NCBI GenBank assembly: GCA_964639015.1
Contig: CAZXBP010000001.1
Span: 10,192-74,191, forward strand
From: an uncultured Nitrosomonas sp.
GTDB taxonomy: Bacteria > Pseudomonadota > Gammaproteobacteria > Burkholderiales > Nitrosomonadaceae
DNA: 64,000 nucleotides
Direction: 5' to 3'
Shown piece after piece: positions 28,641 through 38,259 of the stretch. Numbering within the stretch: position 1 is the stretch's first letter; every line of letters begins with the position of its first letter. A model generated the notes under the pieces. It saw nothing but the letters and a program-made list of their open reading frames with translations. It did no database searches and had not been told where the DNA came from. A program made the translations under genes and the position numbers.

Positions 28641-28838
28641 TCAGTCGGCTTCGAGTCGACATGACCATAGATTTAAGAGCATAGTTTTGATTTTATAAAG
28701 TAATTGATTAAAACCATGAACCCCTCGACTTAAAGTCGAGGGGTTCAGTTTAATGCAAGTAACCGACAACTCGTCGATTTTACGATTAGCCTGTTTCAAC
28801 CCCCACTCTTCTAATTTGTAGAGCCAAATAGCTTCCAT
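28641..28838 (-). pseudogene. ParE/RelE-like toxin remnant interrupted by a palindromic insertion
   Basis: (SRRD)MEAIWLYKLEEWGLKQANRKIDEL resembles the ParE core. An upstream in-frame stop is present, and the frame is disrupted at the 31-bp palindrome. Confidence 0.3.
28717..28747. repeat. perfect 31-bp palindrome TGAACCCCTCGACTT-A-AAGTCGAGGGGTTCA
   Basis: Read directly from the sequence. Confidence 0.85.
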
Positions 28839-29149
28839 ATCACGGCGCGAATACTATCGATTAAAGAGATGAACATTCAGATGCTTGAGAGGTATCGGAC
28901 AGTTAAATTAAACAAGTCGATACTGTACGATAACTACAAACTGTCAGATTAAGCCCATTCCAGAATCTCCGGCGAATACCTCACTTGTTTCTCATTACTC
29001 TATCCTCCCAAGAAATAGAATCTCCTGCAAACCCGGAGCGATTCAGATTGACCTTGAAAGGATCACTGCTTATCTAAAATTAACTTATGAAACAAATTAA
29101 CAAACATACCGCAGATTCAGTAATGAATGACAGATATAAATCAGAATCC

Positions 29150-29340
29150 CATGCAAAAGACCAAAGAGACCGAAAATATGATCATGGATTACTATGCCAA
29201 CTACTACGTGCATGAGTTAAGCCGAATTGGTAGTAGCGGGAGTTGATCGATCTGGGCACGTATTGTTTGGCGCGTGTATTGATCTTAATCCACATCAAAT
29301 TGAGGCAGCGCTTTTACCGATTCGTCTTTTGATAATCTAA
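29150..29340 (+). pseudogene. 5' remnant of an SNF2-type helicase gene (frameshifted and truncated)
   Basis: MQKTKETENMIMDYYANYYVHELSRIGSSGS* continues in the +1 frame as GVDRSGHVLFGACIDLNPHQIEAAL. DLNPHQIEAAL is a typical Q-motif region of RapA/SNF2-like helicases. Confidence 0.35.
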
Positions 29341-29418
29341 GTCAGGCCGTGTCAGTCAGGACAACCAAACTATTTTGCCCAGTTTGTGTTGACGGGATAC
29401 AAATGTGAGTAATGGTTC

Positions 29419-30981
29419 TCAATCAAGAGGACGAAAATCTGCCAAGTTAATATTATGTTTTTTTAGTTTGGTGTAAATTGCACGTGATGAAATTCCCATA
29501 TTTTCGGAAACTCTTTTTATATTTCCGTGATGTTGCTTCAGAGCTGATTCTAGAAATGATTTTTCAATTTTAGTAAGAGCATGTTCTTTTTCGTCTTTCC
29601 ATTCACCAATGCTTTTTGTTTCAGTTCGAAGCTCTATATCCAGTTCAGTCATTTCTTTTCCACTAACAAACAAGATGCTACGCTCTAGAATGTTTTCCAA
29701 CTCACGGACATTGCCTGGCCAATGATAGGCGCGGATTTTCTGCATAACTTCACGGCTTACTGATTTAACCTGTTTGTTATATCGCTTGTTCAATCGCTGA
29801 ATGATCAATTGCACAAGATAAGGCAAGTCTTCTGATCGCTCGACCAAAGGAGGAATACTTAAACGCACTACATTGATGCGATAGTATAGGTCATTGCGGA
29901 ACATATCCTGCTTAACAAGACTTTCCAAATTCTGATTTGTTGCTGAGATGATTCTCACATCAACCGCCAAAGTTTGCTTGCCGCCAACCCTCTCCAACTC
30001 TGCTTCCTGGATCACACGAAGCAACCTGGTTTGTGCTGCTGGCGACAGCGAATCGACTTCATCCAAAAACAAAGTACCGCCTTCAGATCGTTCAAAATAG
30101 CCTTGGTGTACTTCTATGGCTCCTGTGAAAGCGCCTTTTTCATGTCCAAACAAGGTACTTTCAATCAGGCTTTCTGGAATTGCGCCGCAATTAATGGCGA
30201 TGAATGGTTTATGGGAACGATTGCTCATCGCATGAATGGCACGTGCTATCAGCTCTTTACCTACACCTGTTTGGCCTTGAATCAGAACCGTTGCCAAGGT
30301 AGGGGCAATAACCTCGATTGATTGCAGTATTTCCTGCATCATTGGTGATTTTGCGATAATTGCAGGAGGCTGATGTTTTTCTGATATTAGCCTATTTTGT
30401 TTCTGCCAAAGCCTTTGCATACTAGTTTCAATTCGGCACTGTAATTCATTTGCATCGTTAATTTCCTTGACTGGTGTTGTATCAGTATATTCCATGCCAG
30501 CATGCCCTTTTGCTGCCTGTGGATTGGTGTAAATACATACATCACATCTGCCATCCTGGCGAGCAATACTTTTTTTGATATCAACTTTGGCATAACCAAA
30601 GTTTCTGGCTGCGATGCCTCCAAATACGCTGGAAGTCATCCTGCATAATTCAGGAAACTTGGTGACTTGTTCGCCAAAAGGACAGCGAGAGTTGGTAACT
30701 GTAATACAGTCCTGATCACTGGAGACTAGTGAGAATTTCCCACCGATATTGTTTTTGATACCAAGTATCAGTTCGGTATAGCTCTCATTATCGAACTGTT
30801 CACTTTTATGAGTATTTTCTCGATAAGTTTCTTCAAAAAAGCATCCTGCCGTTTGGGCTATATGCTCAATCAACTGTTCACAATGCTTTTGTCCCTGTTG
30901 TTCGCTGGCATGTATCAGTTCAAGAATGAAAGTTTGCAAAAAAAATATCGGCGTTAACTCAGAAAGAGGATTGTTGTTCAT
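29419..30981 (-). CDS. sigma54-dependent transcriptional activator with an N-terminal V4R-like sensor domain and a C-terminal Fis HTH
   Basis: GQTGVGKELIARAIH (Walker A), ESTLFGHEKGAFTGA (GAFTGA loop) and GGTLFLDEV. The N-terminus carries CPFGE...PELC...VFGGIA...DGRCDVCIY, a V4R pattern. Confidence 0.9.
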   Translation of the reverse strand: MNNNPLSELTPIFFLQTFILELIHASEQQGQKHCEQLIEHIAQTAGCFFEETYRENTHKSEQFDNESYTELILGIKNNIGGKFSLVSSDQDCITVTNSRCPFGEQVTKFPELCRMTSSVFGGIAARNFGYAKVDIKKSIARQDGRCDVCIYTNPQAAKGHAGMEYTDTTPVKEINDANELQCRIETSMQRLWQKQNRLISEKHQPPAIIAKSPMMQEILQSIEVIAPTLATVLIQGQTGVGKELIARAIHAMSNRSHKPFIAINCGAIPESLIESTLFGHEKGAFTGAIEVHQGYFERSEGGTLFLDEVDSLSPAAQTRLLRVIQEAELERVGGKQTLAVDVRIISATNQNLESLVKQDMFRNDLYYRINVVRLSIPPLVERSEDLPYLVQLIIQRLNKRYNKQVKSVSREVMQKIRAYHWPGNVRELENILERSILFVSGKEMTELDIELRTETKSIGEWKDEKEHALTKIEKSFLESALKQHHGNIKRVSENMGISSRAIYTKLKKHNINLADFRPLD

Positions 30982-30997
30982 AGATTATGGATCATGC

Positions 30998-31038
30998 GTG
31001 AAGTTCATCTTCACTAATTGAAGCATAAGTTCACTAAT
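30998..31038. promoter_or_regulatory. candidate upstream activator sequences: inverted repeat GTGAAG-N5-CTTCAC plus two TTCACTAAT direct repeats
   Basis: They lie 60-115 nt upstream of the -24/-12 element, next to the divergent activator gene. Confidence 0.35.
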
Positions 31039-31097
31039 AGAGCAACAAATAAAATCTAACTTATTGTAATTAAGAATAAATATTATTTTTAGCTCAG

Positions 31098-31113
31098 TGG
31101 CACGTTATTTGCA
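31098..31113 (+). promoter_or_regulatory. sigma54 (-24/-12) promoter TGGCAC-GTTAT-TTGCA
   Basis: An exact match to the TGGCAC-N5-TTGCW consensus, 134 nt upstream of the 31247 start. Confidence 0.65.
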
Positions 31114-31246
31114 TGTAATTTTATAGCATCTGAAAATAACCAGATGCATGGGTTAAATACTCTTAGAAATCCCTCTAGGTTCTACTGTGAAACTAGATCG
31201 TTTTAGGAAGATTTAAATTGCAATCTATTAATGAGGAGACTCAAAA

Positions 31247-31900
31247 TTGAAAACTCTCAAAGAAGAATTGGATACACGCTTAGCTGCATATGATCACTGG
31301 GCACAACGTCGTCGTCATGGGCCGGCCGGGCATAATAACCGGAAGTTGTGGGTGCTTGCGTGCATGGACGAACGCTTACCAATAGATGAAGCGCTCGGTA
31401 TCCATGTCGATACCCCAGCAGGTCATGGCGATGCGCACTGCTTCCGTAATGCCGGAGGAATTGTCACCGACGATGCAATTCGCTCTGCGATGCTAACTTG
31501 TAATTTTTTTGGCACTAAGGAAATTGTCATTGTGCAGCATACTCAATGCGGCATGTTATCTGCAAATGCGACTGATCTGGAAAAGGTTTTCCGAGATAAA
31601 GGAATCGATCCGGATAATATCGTATTGGATCCTACGCTGCCAGAGCAGAAGCTGGAGAAGGGAGCTTTTGCCAAGTGGATCGGAATGATGGACGACGTGG
31701 ATGAAACCTGCATGAAAACCATCGAAGCATTTAAAAATCATCCTCTCATTCCCAAGGATGTAATCATTAGCGGTTGGGTCTGGGAAGTTGAGACACGCCG
31801 GTTGAGAGCCCCAACGCGAGATGCCGATAAACGGGCCAGGACTGATGTTACTTCAGCGCAATTCGGTGTCAAAGGCCAACAGCCACCTCGTTGGAGCTAA
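31247..31900 (+). CDS. clade-D beta-class carbonic anhydrase-fold protein (possible COS/CS2 hydrolase-type enzyme)
   Basis: Zn-ligand motifs ACMDERL and VQHTQCGM, with FRNAGGIVTDDAIRS between them. TTG start with a GAGGAG RBS. Confidence 0.75.
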   Translation: MKTLKEELDTRLAAYDHWAQRRRHGPAGHNNRKLWVLACMDERLPIDEALGIHVDTPAGHGDAHCFRNAGGIVTDDAIRSAMLTCNFFGTKEIVIVQHTQCGMLSANATDLEKVFRDKGIDPDNIVLDPTLPEQKLEKGAFAKWIGMMDDVDETCMKTIEAFKNHPLIPKDVIISGWVWEVETRRLRAPTRDADKRARTDVTSAQFGVKGQQPPRWS

Positions 31901-31921
31901 GTTCAAGACAAAAAACTTAAT

Positions 31922-31960
31922 AGTGTGACCACTTAGCATAACAAGTGGTCACACTTTAAC
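31922..31960 (+). terminator. rho-independent terminator-like hairpin (13-bp stem AGTGTGACCACTT / AAGTGGTCACACT)
   Basis: A perfect stem with an 8-nt loop and T-rich trailing sequence, 22 nt after the stop codon. Confidence 0.5.
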
Positions 31961-32002
31961 GTTTCTGAGAAATCTCATTAATGTAAAAAATAAGGATGCC
32001 AA

Positions 32003-32245
32003 ATGCCAACTTATGACTACTTGTGTATACAATGCAAACGCAAATTTGAAGCGCGCCATTCGATCAATGCACCCAAACCGTATTGTCCGGCATGTGGGAG
32101 CGCGGCAGAAAAAGTGATTCTTTCTGCTCCTGCGATGCATGGCAACATGACCCGTGGCCGTGATCTGGCAGTACGCTCGTTGCAACCAAAAACTGATCAG
32201 ACAAGTCATGCACACGCACCTGGGTGCGAATGTCGACATCATTAA
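32003..32245 (+). CDS. FmdB-family zinc-ribbon protein with a His/Cys-rich tail
   Basis: MPTYDYLCIQCKRKFE...YCPACGS matches the CxxC-N-CxxC FmdB signature. The tail is HAHAPGCECRHH. Confidence 0.65.
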   Translation: MPTYDYLCIQCKRKFEARHSINAPKPYCPACGSAAEKVILSAPAMHGNMTRGRDLAVRSLQPKTDQTSHAHAPGCECRHH

Positions 32246-32709
32246 CATTTTTAGATATCGGCCTTCATTGTATGCAATCGTCCCGATCTTGAAGAAGGCG
32301 GCACTTACCCAACCAGTTTGGAATTGGAAAATGCAACGCACATTCTTATTATTAATTTTATTTATTTACCCATTGGGATGGGCTCTCTTTCCATCAAAAA
32401 AATTAAGTCATTCTATGAGCAAAAAAACATCCTAAGACGAGAGAAGATTAGTCACAACAGCTTTTGGTTGGACCGGTGACGCAGCATGAATCGGCTTGAC
32501 TGCCAGCCTCTTATATCGCAGATCCAGTATCATCAAAATTTAATAATCCAATCTTGTCAATTCACTACTTCTAGTATACTATGCTTCAAAAAAGAGAATG
32601 GTTGGTCTACTTATTTCAAAGTGAACAACAGAAATAGTATCGAACGATCAAAATGTTCGATAAGAATGCAAGGAGCTTATTTCTTTAACTTGTTTGTCAA
32701 GGAGGTCCG

Positions 32710-33264
32710 ATGATGGTTGACTTAAATATCAAAAATATCGTCAATGGAATTAATCTTGAGCAATCTCAAATCATATACGATCAAATTAAAATGGGAGGAG
32801 GCAATGACATTGCCAAACCTTACTGCCGGGCAACAATTGTTTGGGATAACGGTTACCACACTACCACGTGCGTAAATGGCAGTCAGATGATCATCGGCGA
32901 TGAACCGGTCCGCTACGGTGGAGAGGGCATGGGTGTTACACCGCAGGATCTTCTACTTACCGCGGTTGGCCATTGTCTCACTGCCACTTACATCGGCGGA
33001 TTATCTGCTGCCCGAGTCAATGTGGAATCACTCCGGTTGCATGTCTCAGGGCGGGTGAATTTCCGAGCGGCTTATGCGATAGAGTCTGGTAATCCTGGAT
33101 TTGAAGAAATAAAAATTGTCGTGGAGATACAAACTGATGCACCACAGGAAGAAGTAACCACGCTTTTGAAGAAACTACAGCTAACGGCCCCTATACCAGA
33201 CACCATCCTACGTCCGGTTCCGGTTCATGTCGAAATTCATCACCATTCGGAGTCAGCGATTTAA
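32710..33264 (+). CDS. OsmC/Ohr-family protein
   Basis: GMGVTPQDLLLTAVGHCL and a C-terminal PIPDTI-type pattern. Confidence 0.7.
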   Translation: MMVDLNIKNIVNGINLEQSQIIYDQIKMGGGNDIAKPYCRATIVWDNGYHTTTCVNGSQMIIGDEPVRYGGEGMGVTPQDLLLTAVGHCLTATYIGGLSAARVNVESLRLHVSGRVNFRAAYAIESGNPGFEEIKIVVEIQTDAPQEEVTTLLKKLQLTAPIPDTILRPVPVHVEIHHHSESAI

Positions 33265-33356
33265 TCTTCATAACAGGGAATCTATTATTAATTAGGGCAA
33301 TCCTTCAGAACATATAAATCAATTAGTGCCCCTGATCGAAGATGTGAAAGGAAAAA

Positions 33357-34541
33357 ATGAAAATCAGCAATGCTTATGATGTGACAGTAATCGGTGCAGG
33401 TCCGGCAGGATTATCGGCGGCATATGAATTGACAAAAGTGGGGCTAACGCCCTTGGTATTGGAACGCACTCCCGCTGTAGGTGATGTCTGGCGCAATCAT
33501 TATGATGGTCTGCGCCTCAACACGGGCCGTTTCTTTTCGGGATTACCTGGCAGTAAATTTCCGCGGTCTGCCGGAGCATGGCCTACGCGCGAAGAGGTCG
33601 TGCATCTACTCGAAACTTTTCCTGCCCGAGGTGGTTTTACCGTACAGACTGGAATTAAAATCGATAGAGTCGACTATGATCGTAGCCATGATATCTGGCT
33701 GGTCACCAGCGATGATAATCGGCAATTTGAGTCACGTGCAATTGTTATGGCGATTGGCACTTGTCGCATTCCGGTGATTCCCGAATGGATAGGGAAAGAA
33801 ACCTTTCCAGGAAAAATCATTCATTCTTCAAAATTCAAACGGGCGCAGGACTATGCAGGAAAGCGTGTGCTAGTAATCGGTAGCGGCAATTCCGCGGCTG
33901 AAATTGCCAGTAGGCTGACTGAACACGCAAGTTCGGTAACAATGTCTGTTAGAACAGCTCCATACCTTCTACCCAAAAGTATTTGTGGTATTCCGATCGT
34001 AGGGATAGGAATATGGTTAAGATATTTACCGGATAGACTGGTAGACACTTTGTTGAATTTCCTGCAACGCTGGATGGTAGGTGATTTGACACCGTATGGC
34101 TTACCCTATCCGGTCATGTCCCTTACTAAGCAATACGCTATAAATAACGTAGTACCGATTTTATACGGGCCTTTCGCAGATGATATCCGTGCTGGCCGGA
34201 TCAAAATTGTCGGATCGATACAGAAAATTTCAGGGCGAACAGTACATGTTCTGAACACCGTTAGAGCAGCACGGAACAATGATAATACCATGACGACGCT
34301 GGAGCCAGATGTGATTGTTGCTGGAACCGGTTTTCATACCGGAATCCGTGAACTTGTTCAGATACATGGAATTGTTGACGAGAGGGGCAGGTCCAAAATT
34401 TCCGGTGATCAGGAATTTAAAGAAGCGCCTCGCCTTTATTTTATAGGTCAAATCAACCCTCTTAGTGGGCAATTGCGGGAAATTCGTATCGAAGCTGGCA
34501 GAATTGCCAGAAAGATCAGGAGGCAACTAGGAGTGAAGTAG
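33357..34541 (+). CDS. flavin-containing / Baeyer-Villiger-type monooxygenase (two dinucleotide-binding motifs)
   Basis: VIGAGPAGL (FAD) and VIGSGNSAAE (NADPH). Confidence 0.8.
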   Translation: MKISNAYDVTVIGAGPAGLSAAYELTKVGLTPLVLERTPAVGDVWRNHYDGLRLNTGRFFSGLPGSKFPRSAGAWPTREEVVHLLETFPARGGFTVQTGIKIDRVDYDRSHDIWLVTSDDNRQFESRAIVMAIGTCRIPVIPEWIGKETFPGKIIHSSKFKRAQDYAGKRVLVIGSGNSAAEIASRLTEHASSVTMSVRTAPYLLPKSICGIPIVGIGIWLRYLPDRLVDTLLNFLQRWMVGDLTPYGLPYPVMSLTKQYAINNVVPILYGPFADDIRAGRIKIVGSIQKISGRTVHVLNTVRAARNNDNTMTTLEPDVIVAGTGFHTGIRELVQIHGIVDERGRSKISGDQEFKEAPRLYFIGQINPLSGQLREIRIEAGRIARKIRRQLGVK

Positions 34542-34642
34542 GGTGACAATCGGATTTGAAGTGAATCACTTACTTCAATGGTTAAGAATTCATGGTTCTA
34601 TTAGTTTGGAAACCAATATTATTATGCTCGATTAGCTTAAAA

Positions 34643-35212
34643 ATGGTGTCTGAAAAGATTTCTGTAGAGGAAAAAATACTGCTGACGGCGCGCCGTTTGT
34701 TTTGCCGCATGGGCATTCATGCCACGGGGATTGCCAAAATCATCGAAGAATCAGGAGTTTCCCGGCGTAGCCTCTATACCCACTACGGTTCGAAGGAAAA
34801 TTTGCTAAAGGCCGTATTTGAGGCGGAAGCAGAGATATGGTTCCGCTGGTTCGATTCTGAGCTTCCAGCAATGAAGTGTTCTTCGGTCGACCGTATTCTG
34901 GCACTGTTCGACTTGATGCGAGACTGGTTCGACAGTGAAGATTTCTATGGTTGTGTATTTATCAATGCTGTGGCTGAACATGAAAAGAGCAATGGCTGGG
35001 TACAAGAAGTTGCCAATAGCTATAGGGAGAAAATCAGCGCCAGATTTCAGACAATGGTTGCGGAATGTGGTGTGGAGGATCCGCAGACGGTAACGGAAAA
35101 GCTAAATCTGCTGATCGATGGCGCCATCGTGACGGCGATGGTTACCGGAAATAGCGACATTGCGCGCATAGGCCGCATGGCTGCAGAGGATATTCTGAAC
35201 AATACAAAATGA
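34643..35212 (+). CDS. TetR-family transcriptional regulator
   Basis: ILLTARRLFCRMGIHATGIAKIIEESGVSRRSLYTHYGSKENLL. The start was chosen at MVSEKIS. Confidence 0.85.
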   Translation: MVSEKISVEEKILLTARRLFCRMGIHATGIAKIIEESGVSRRSLYTHYGSKENLLKAVFEAEAEIWFRWFDSELPAMKCSSVDRILALFDLMRDWFDSEDFYGCVFINAVAEHEKSNGWVQEVANSYREKISARFQTMVAECGVEDPQTVTEKLNLLIDGAIVTAMVTGNSDIARIGRMAAEDILNNTK

Positions 35213-35310
35213 ATCTGTATTTTTATAGCAAAAATACAGAAGTGAAGGCAAACAAGATTGACAAGGTATGTCGACCTTATGATTATTTGGAATAATTCAA
35301 GGGAGTAAAA

Positions 35311-35943
35311 ATGACCAAAATCTGGCAGAATTTCTCGGTACATAGACAACGCCTCTTAATTATTATGGTAATGTTAATGAGTATCGTTGTAATTGGTATG
35401 CAGTTTCACGTAAGTTCCCAAGGGGATATGTCAGAAACTTATCCCAAGGGTTTTCGTGGTGGTACCTGTACGATCGCATCCGATACATTGTTGATCGGCT
35501 ATTCAGCTTATTTTATTCCCCATGATTACGAGATACCGACTGATGCGCTGAGCGCGATGTCCGTTCCCGTTCTGTGTGGCAAGGTGCCAAGTCCGGGCCT
35601 GCTTAGTATTACAATAGATCTGCTGCATCCCATATCTATGCGCGAACAACATGTAGCACTCAGCCTGTTTAAGGAAACCGATGGAGTGTCAGAGCAGGAA
35701 CTGCTGTCGATTCCCGCCCAAAATTATCAATCCGGCATTATTTATCAGGACATCCACATCAATGAACTAGGGGAATATTTCATACGTCTCACAGGGGTAG
35801 ACGAACACCGAACTGATTTCATGCTGGAAATCCCGATTACGGTCGGCACGAAATGGTATGAGCCTTTCGTTCAGTTCTGGCCTTTGCTTTTGCTGGGCGC
35901 AGTAGCGGCATTTTTCTATAACCTCAGACGAATACTCGATTAA
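35311..35943 (+). CDS. hypothetical exported protein with a C-terminal membrane anchor
   Basis: N-terminal and C-terminal hydrophobic segments. No family assignment. Confidence 0.4.
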   Translation: MTKIWQNFSVHRQRLLIIMVMLMSIVVIGMQFHVSSQGDMSETYPKGFRGGTCTIASDTLLIGYSAYFIPHDYEIPTDALSAMSVPVLCGKVPSPGLLSITIDLLHPISMREQHVALSLFKETDGVSEQELLSIPAQNYQSGIIYQDIHINELGEYFIRLTGVDEHRTDFMLEIPITVGTKWYEPFVQFWPLLLLGAVAAFFYNLRRILD

Positions 35944-36050
35944 TTTTTCTAGTAATAACATATCGCGCTATTTAGATATTGATAATTGAACCCAGATAGA
36001 TAATCAAATCTGGTTTTTATCTTTGTAATTAAAATTTACTGGAGAATTCA

Positions 36051-36845
36051 ATGGCTGGCTATGTTGGTGATGTCGCAATTCCTTATGATCAAAATATTGG
36101 TCCAGTTTTGTTCGAACACTATGGATATGAAATTGCACGGCGTACCGCAGAAAGAGCACTCCGAGATGTACTCGAAGTTGCTGCTGGTACGGGTATAGTG
36201 ACTCGTAAATTACGTAATGTCCTCGCCCAGGACACACAATTGACTGCAATCGATATTAGTGAATCCATGTTGGATGTTGCTCGGAAAAAATTCCATCCTC
36301 ATGAGCAGGTAACATTTCAAAACGCTGACGCTACTGAGCTACCATTTAAAGATGAAATGTTCGATGCAATCGTCTGTCAGTTTGGGGTGATGTTCTTTGA
36401 TAAAGCATCAGCTTTTCGTGAAACGTATCGAACGTTAAGACATGGGGGACGCTACCTGTTTAATGTCTGGGATTCGGAACATTATAATCCATTTGCCAGT
36501 TTAAGTTTTGAAGTTCTCAAACAATTCTTTCCGTCGGACACGCCCAAATTCCTGTTTGATCCCGTGTCCTGTCATGAAATCGACCCTATCAAAGAGATGC
36601 TCATTCGTTCAGGCTTTGAACGTATAGTGATTTCCATTCAGCAACGAGAACACGAAATTCCGGACGTTTTGGCCTTCGCGCGTGGATTGATATTCAGTCC
36701 TGTCATCTTTGAAATAAGAGAGCGTGGCGGCACTGATCCTGAGAAGATAGTCGAAACATTTGCAGAAGCCTTAATAAAAAAATATGGATCAAACCCTACT
36801 CGCTATCCGATGCAAGCAATATTATTTGAAGCGGAAAAAACATAG
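36051..36845 (+). CDS. class I SAM-dependent methyltransferase
   Basis: VLEVAAGTGIVT (motif I) and FDAIVCQFGVMFF. Confidence 0.8.
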   Translation: MAGYVGDVAIPYDQNIGPVLFEHYGYEIARRTAERALRDVLEVAAGTGIVTRKLRNVLAQDTQLTAIDISESMLDVARKKFHPHEQVTFQNADATELPFKDEMFDAIVCQFGVMFFDKASAFRETYRTLRHGGRYLFNVWDSEHYNPFASLSFEVLKQFFPSDTPKFLFDPVSCHEIDPIKEMLIRSGFERIVISIQQREHEIPDVLAFARGLIFSPVIFEIRERGGTDPEKIVETFAEALIKKYGSNPTRYPMQAILFEAEKT

Positions 36846-37073
36846 GAAAAATATTCTCGAGAACATTAATTTGATTATGGCGATATGTTATGACGGTATG
36901 AATCCATAATGTACTCGTGTCTACTTTAAACTGCGCTTGAAACTGCACTGTTGCATTAAATATCGTAAGAATAGTCAATGCATCACGAATTTCAATTGCA
37001 AATCAAGCAATATGATTAACGTCGTCAGAAGTAATGGTAAGTAAACTGTATTTATCAAAAAAGGAAAATTGAT

Positions 37074-38138
37074 ATGAAAGATAAACTTATTTTTTTGGAA
37101 ATAAGCTTTGTTGCACTAGTAGCTATTCTGATCAATAACGTCTCTTACGCAATGCCGGGTATGCACGGATCAAGCGCTGGAGCAGTTACAGAGGCGCCGC
37201 GTGTCACACAAAGTATGGGAGAACCGATTAACTCGCCCGGCGCAGAACTCGAAATCACCTACAGTTCGGACGGTAAGACAGCCATTTTTGTATCTACCCG
37301 GGAAGGCAGTATCGAGTCGCCCGGCAATCCTTATAACTTTGATATCTGGATGTCCCACTATGAAAACGATACCTGGCAACCACCAATTCATCTGGGGCCG
37401 GGCATTGATCCGACTGTAGGACCGAACATCAATACTTCTGCCTGGGAATTGGAACCGAGTTTTTCGGATGACGGCAATGTTATTTATTTCACGCGATATG
37501 AACCAGGTAATATTCTGTCAGGCGATCTCTACGTGGTTCAGAAAGTCGATGGTATCTGGCAGTCCGCTAAAAACTGGAATGATGTGCCGGAACTACCAAA
37601 CATCAACACGTCGACCGGGGAAGAGCATTGTCCGATAATTGTCTCCGACAGTTTGATTTACTTTAATTATAATCAACCGGGTGTAACGGAGGACAGCGAT
37701 ATCTGGAAAGTTGAAAAAAAAGATGGTGTATGGCAAAAGCCCGTAAGTTTAGGCACGAAAATCAACTCCCCTCAACGGGATCATATGCACTGGACCGGAT
37801 TATCGAAGGATGGCAAGAGTTTGGTCATTACCAGTATGCGGACTGATCTAGGTTCCCGAGGCGGACATGATATGTGGATTTCGCATCAAGATGAAAATGG
37901 CGAATGGCAGGAACCGACAAACCTTGGCGACACCATCAATACAGGTGGCGAGGATATGTGTTGGACATTTACTCCGGATGGCAAGAAATTTACCGGCAGT
38001 TGGGGTCCGTACGGTACTTACGATATGGATATTCGCTGGATTTACAAGGACGATGTTCCGCTATTAAGAAACTTTGAGCCGATCGGCCCACCGCCAAATT
38101 TGCTACTTAACAGCAAGACAGTAACGCCCGTAGACTGA
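37074..38138 (+). CDS. secreted TolB-like / PD40 beta-propeller repeat protein
   Basis: Signal peptide; repeated E..PS.S.DG....F.S motifs (SSDGKTAIFVS, FSDDGNVIYFT, LSKDGKSLVITS). Confidence 0.65.
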   Translation: MKDKLIFLEISFVALVAILINNVSYAMPGMHGSSAGAVTEAPRVTQSMGEPINSPGAELEITYSSDGKTAIFVSTREGSIESPGNPYNFDIWMSHYENDTWQPPIHLGPGIDPTVGPNINTSAWELEPSFSDDGNVIYFTRYEPGNILSGDLYVVQKVDGIWQSAKNWNDVPELPNINTSTGEEHCPIIVSDSLIYFNYNQPGVTEDSDIWKVEKKDGVWQKPVSLGTKINSPQRDHMHWTGLSKDGKSLVITSMRTDLGSRGGHDMWISHQDENGEWQEPTNLGDTINTGGEDMCWTFTPDGKKFTGSWGPYGTYDMDIRWIYKDDVPLLRNFEPIGPPPNLLLNSKTVTPVD

Positions 38139-38172
38139 TATCGTTATCCAATACCGAGTTTAAAATATCATC

Positions 38173-38200
38173 AAAAGCCTTCAGATTGGGGGCTTTTTTT
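38173..38200 (+). terminator. rho-independent terminator (AAAAGCC...GGCTTTTTTT)
   Basis: A stem followed by a T-run, 35 nt after the stop. Confidence 0.5.
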
Positions 38201-38259
38201 GTTTCACGCTGAATCTGATTTGGGACTTTTTTAGCTACGACTGGGCACGATGCATATGT

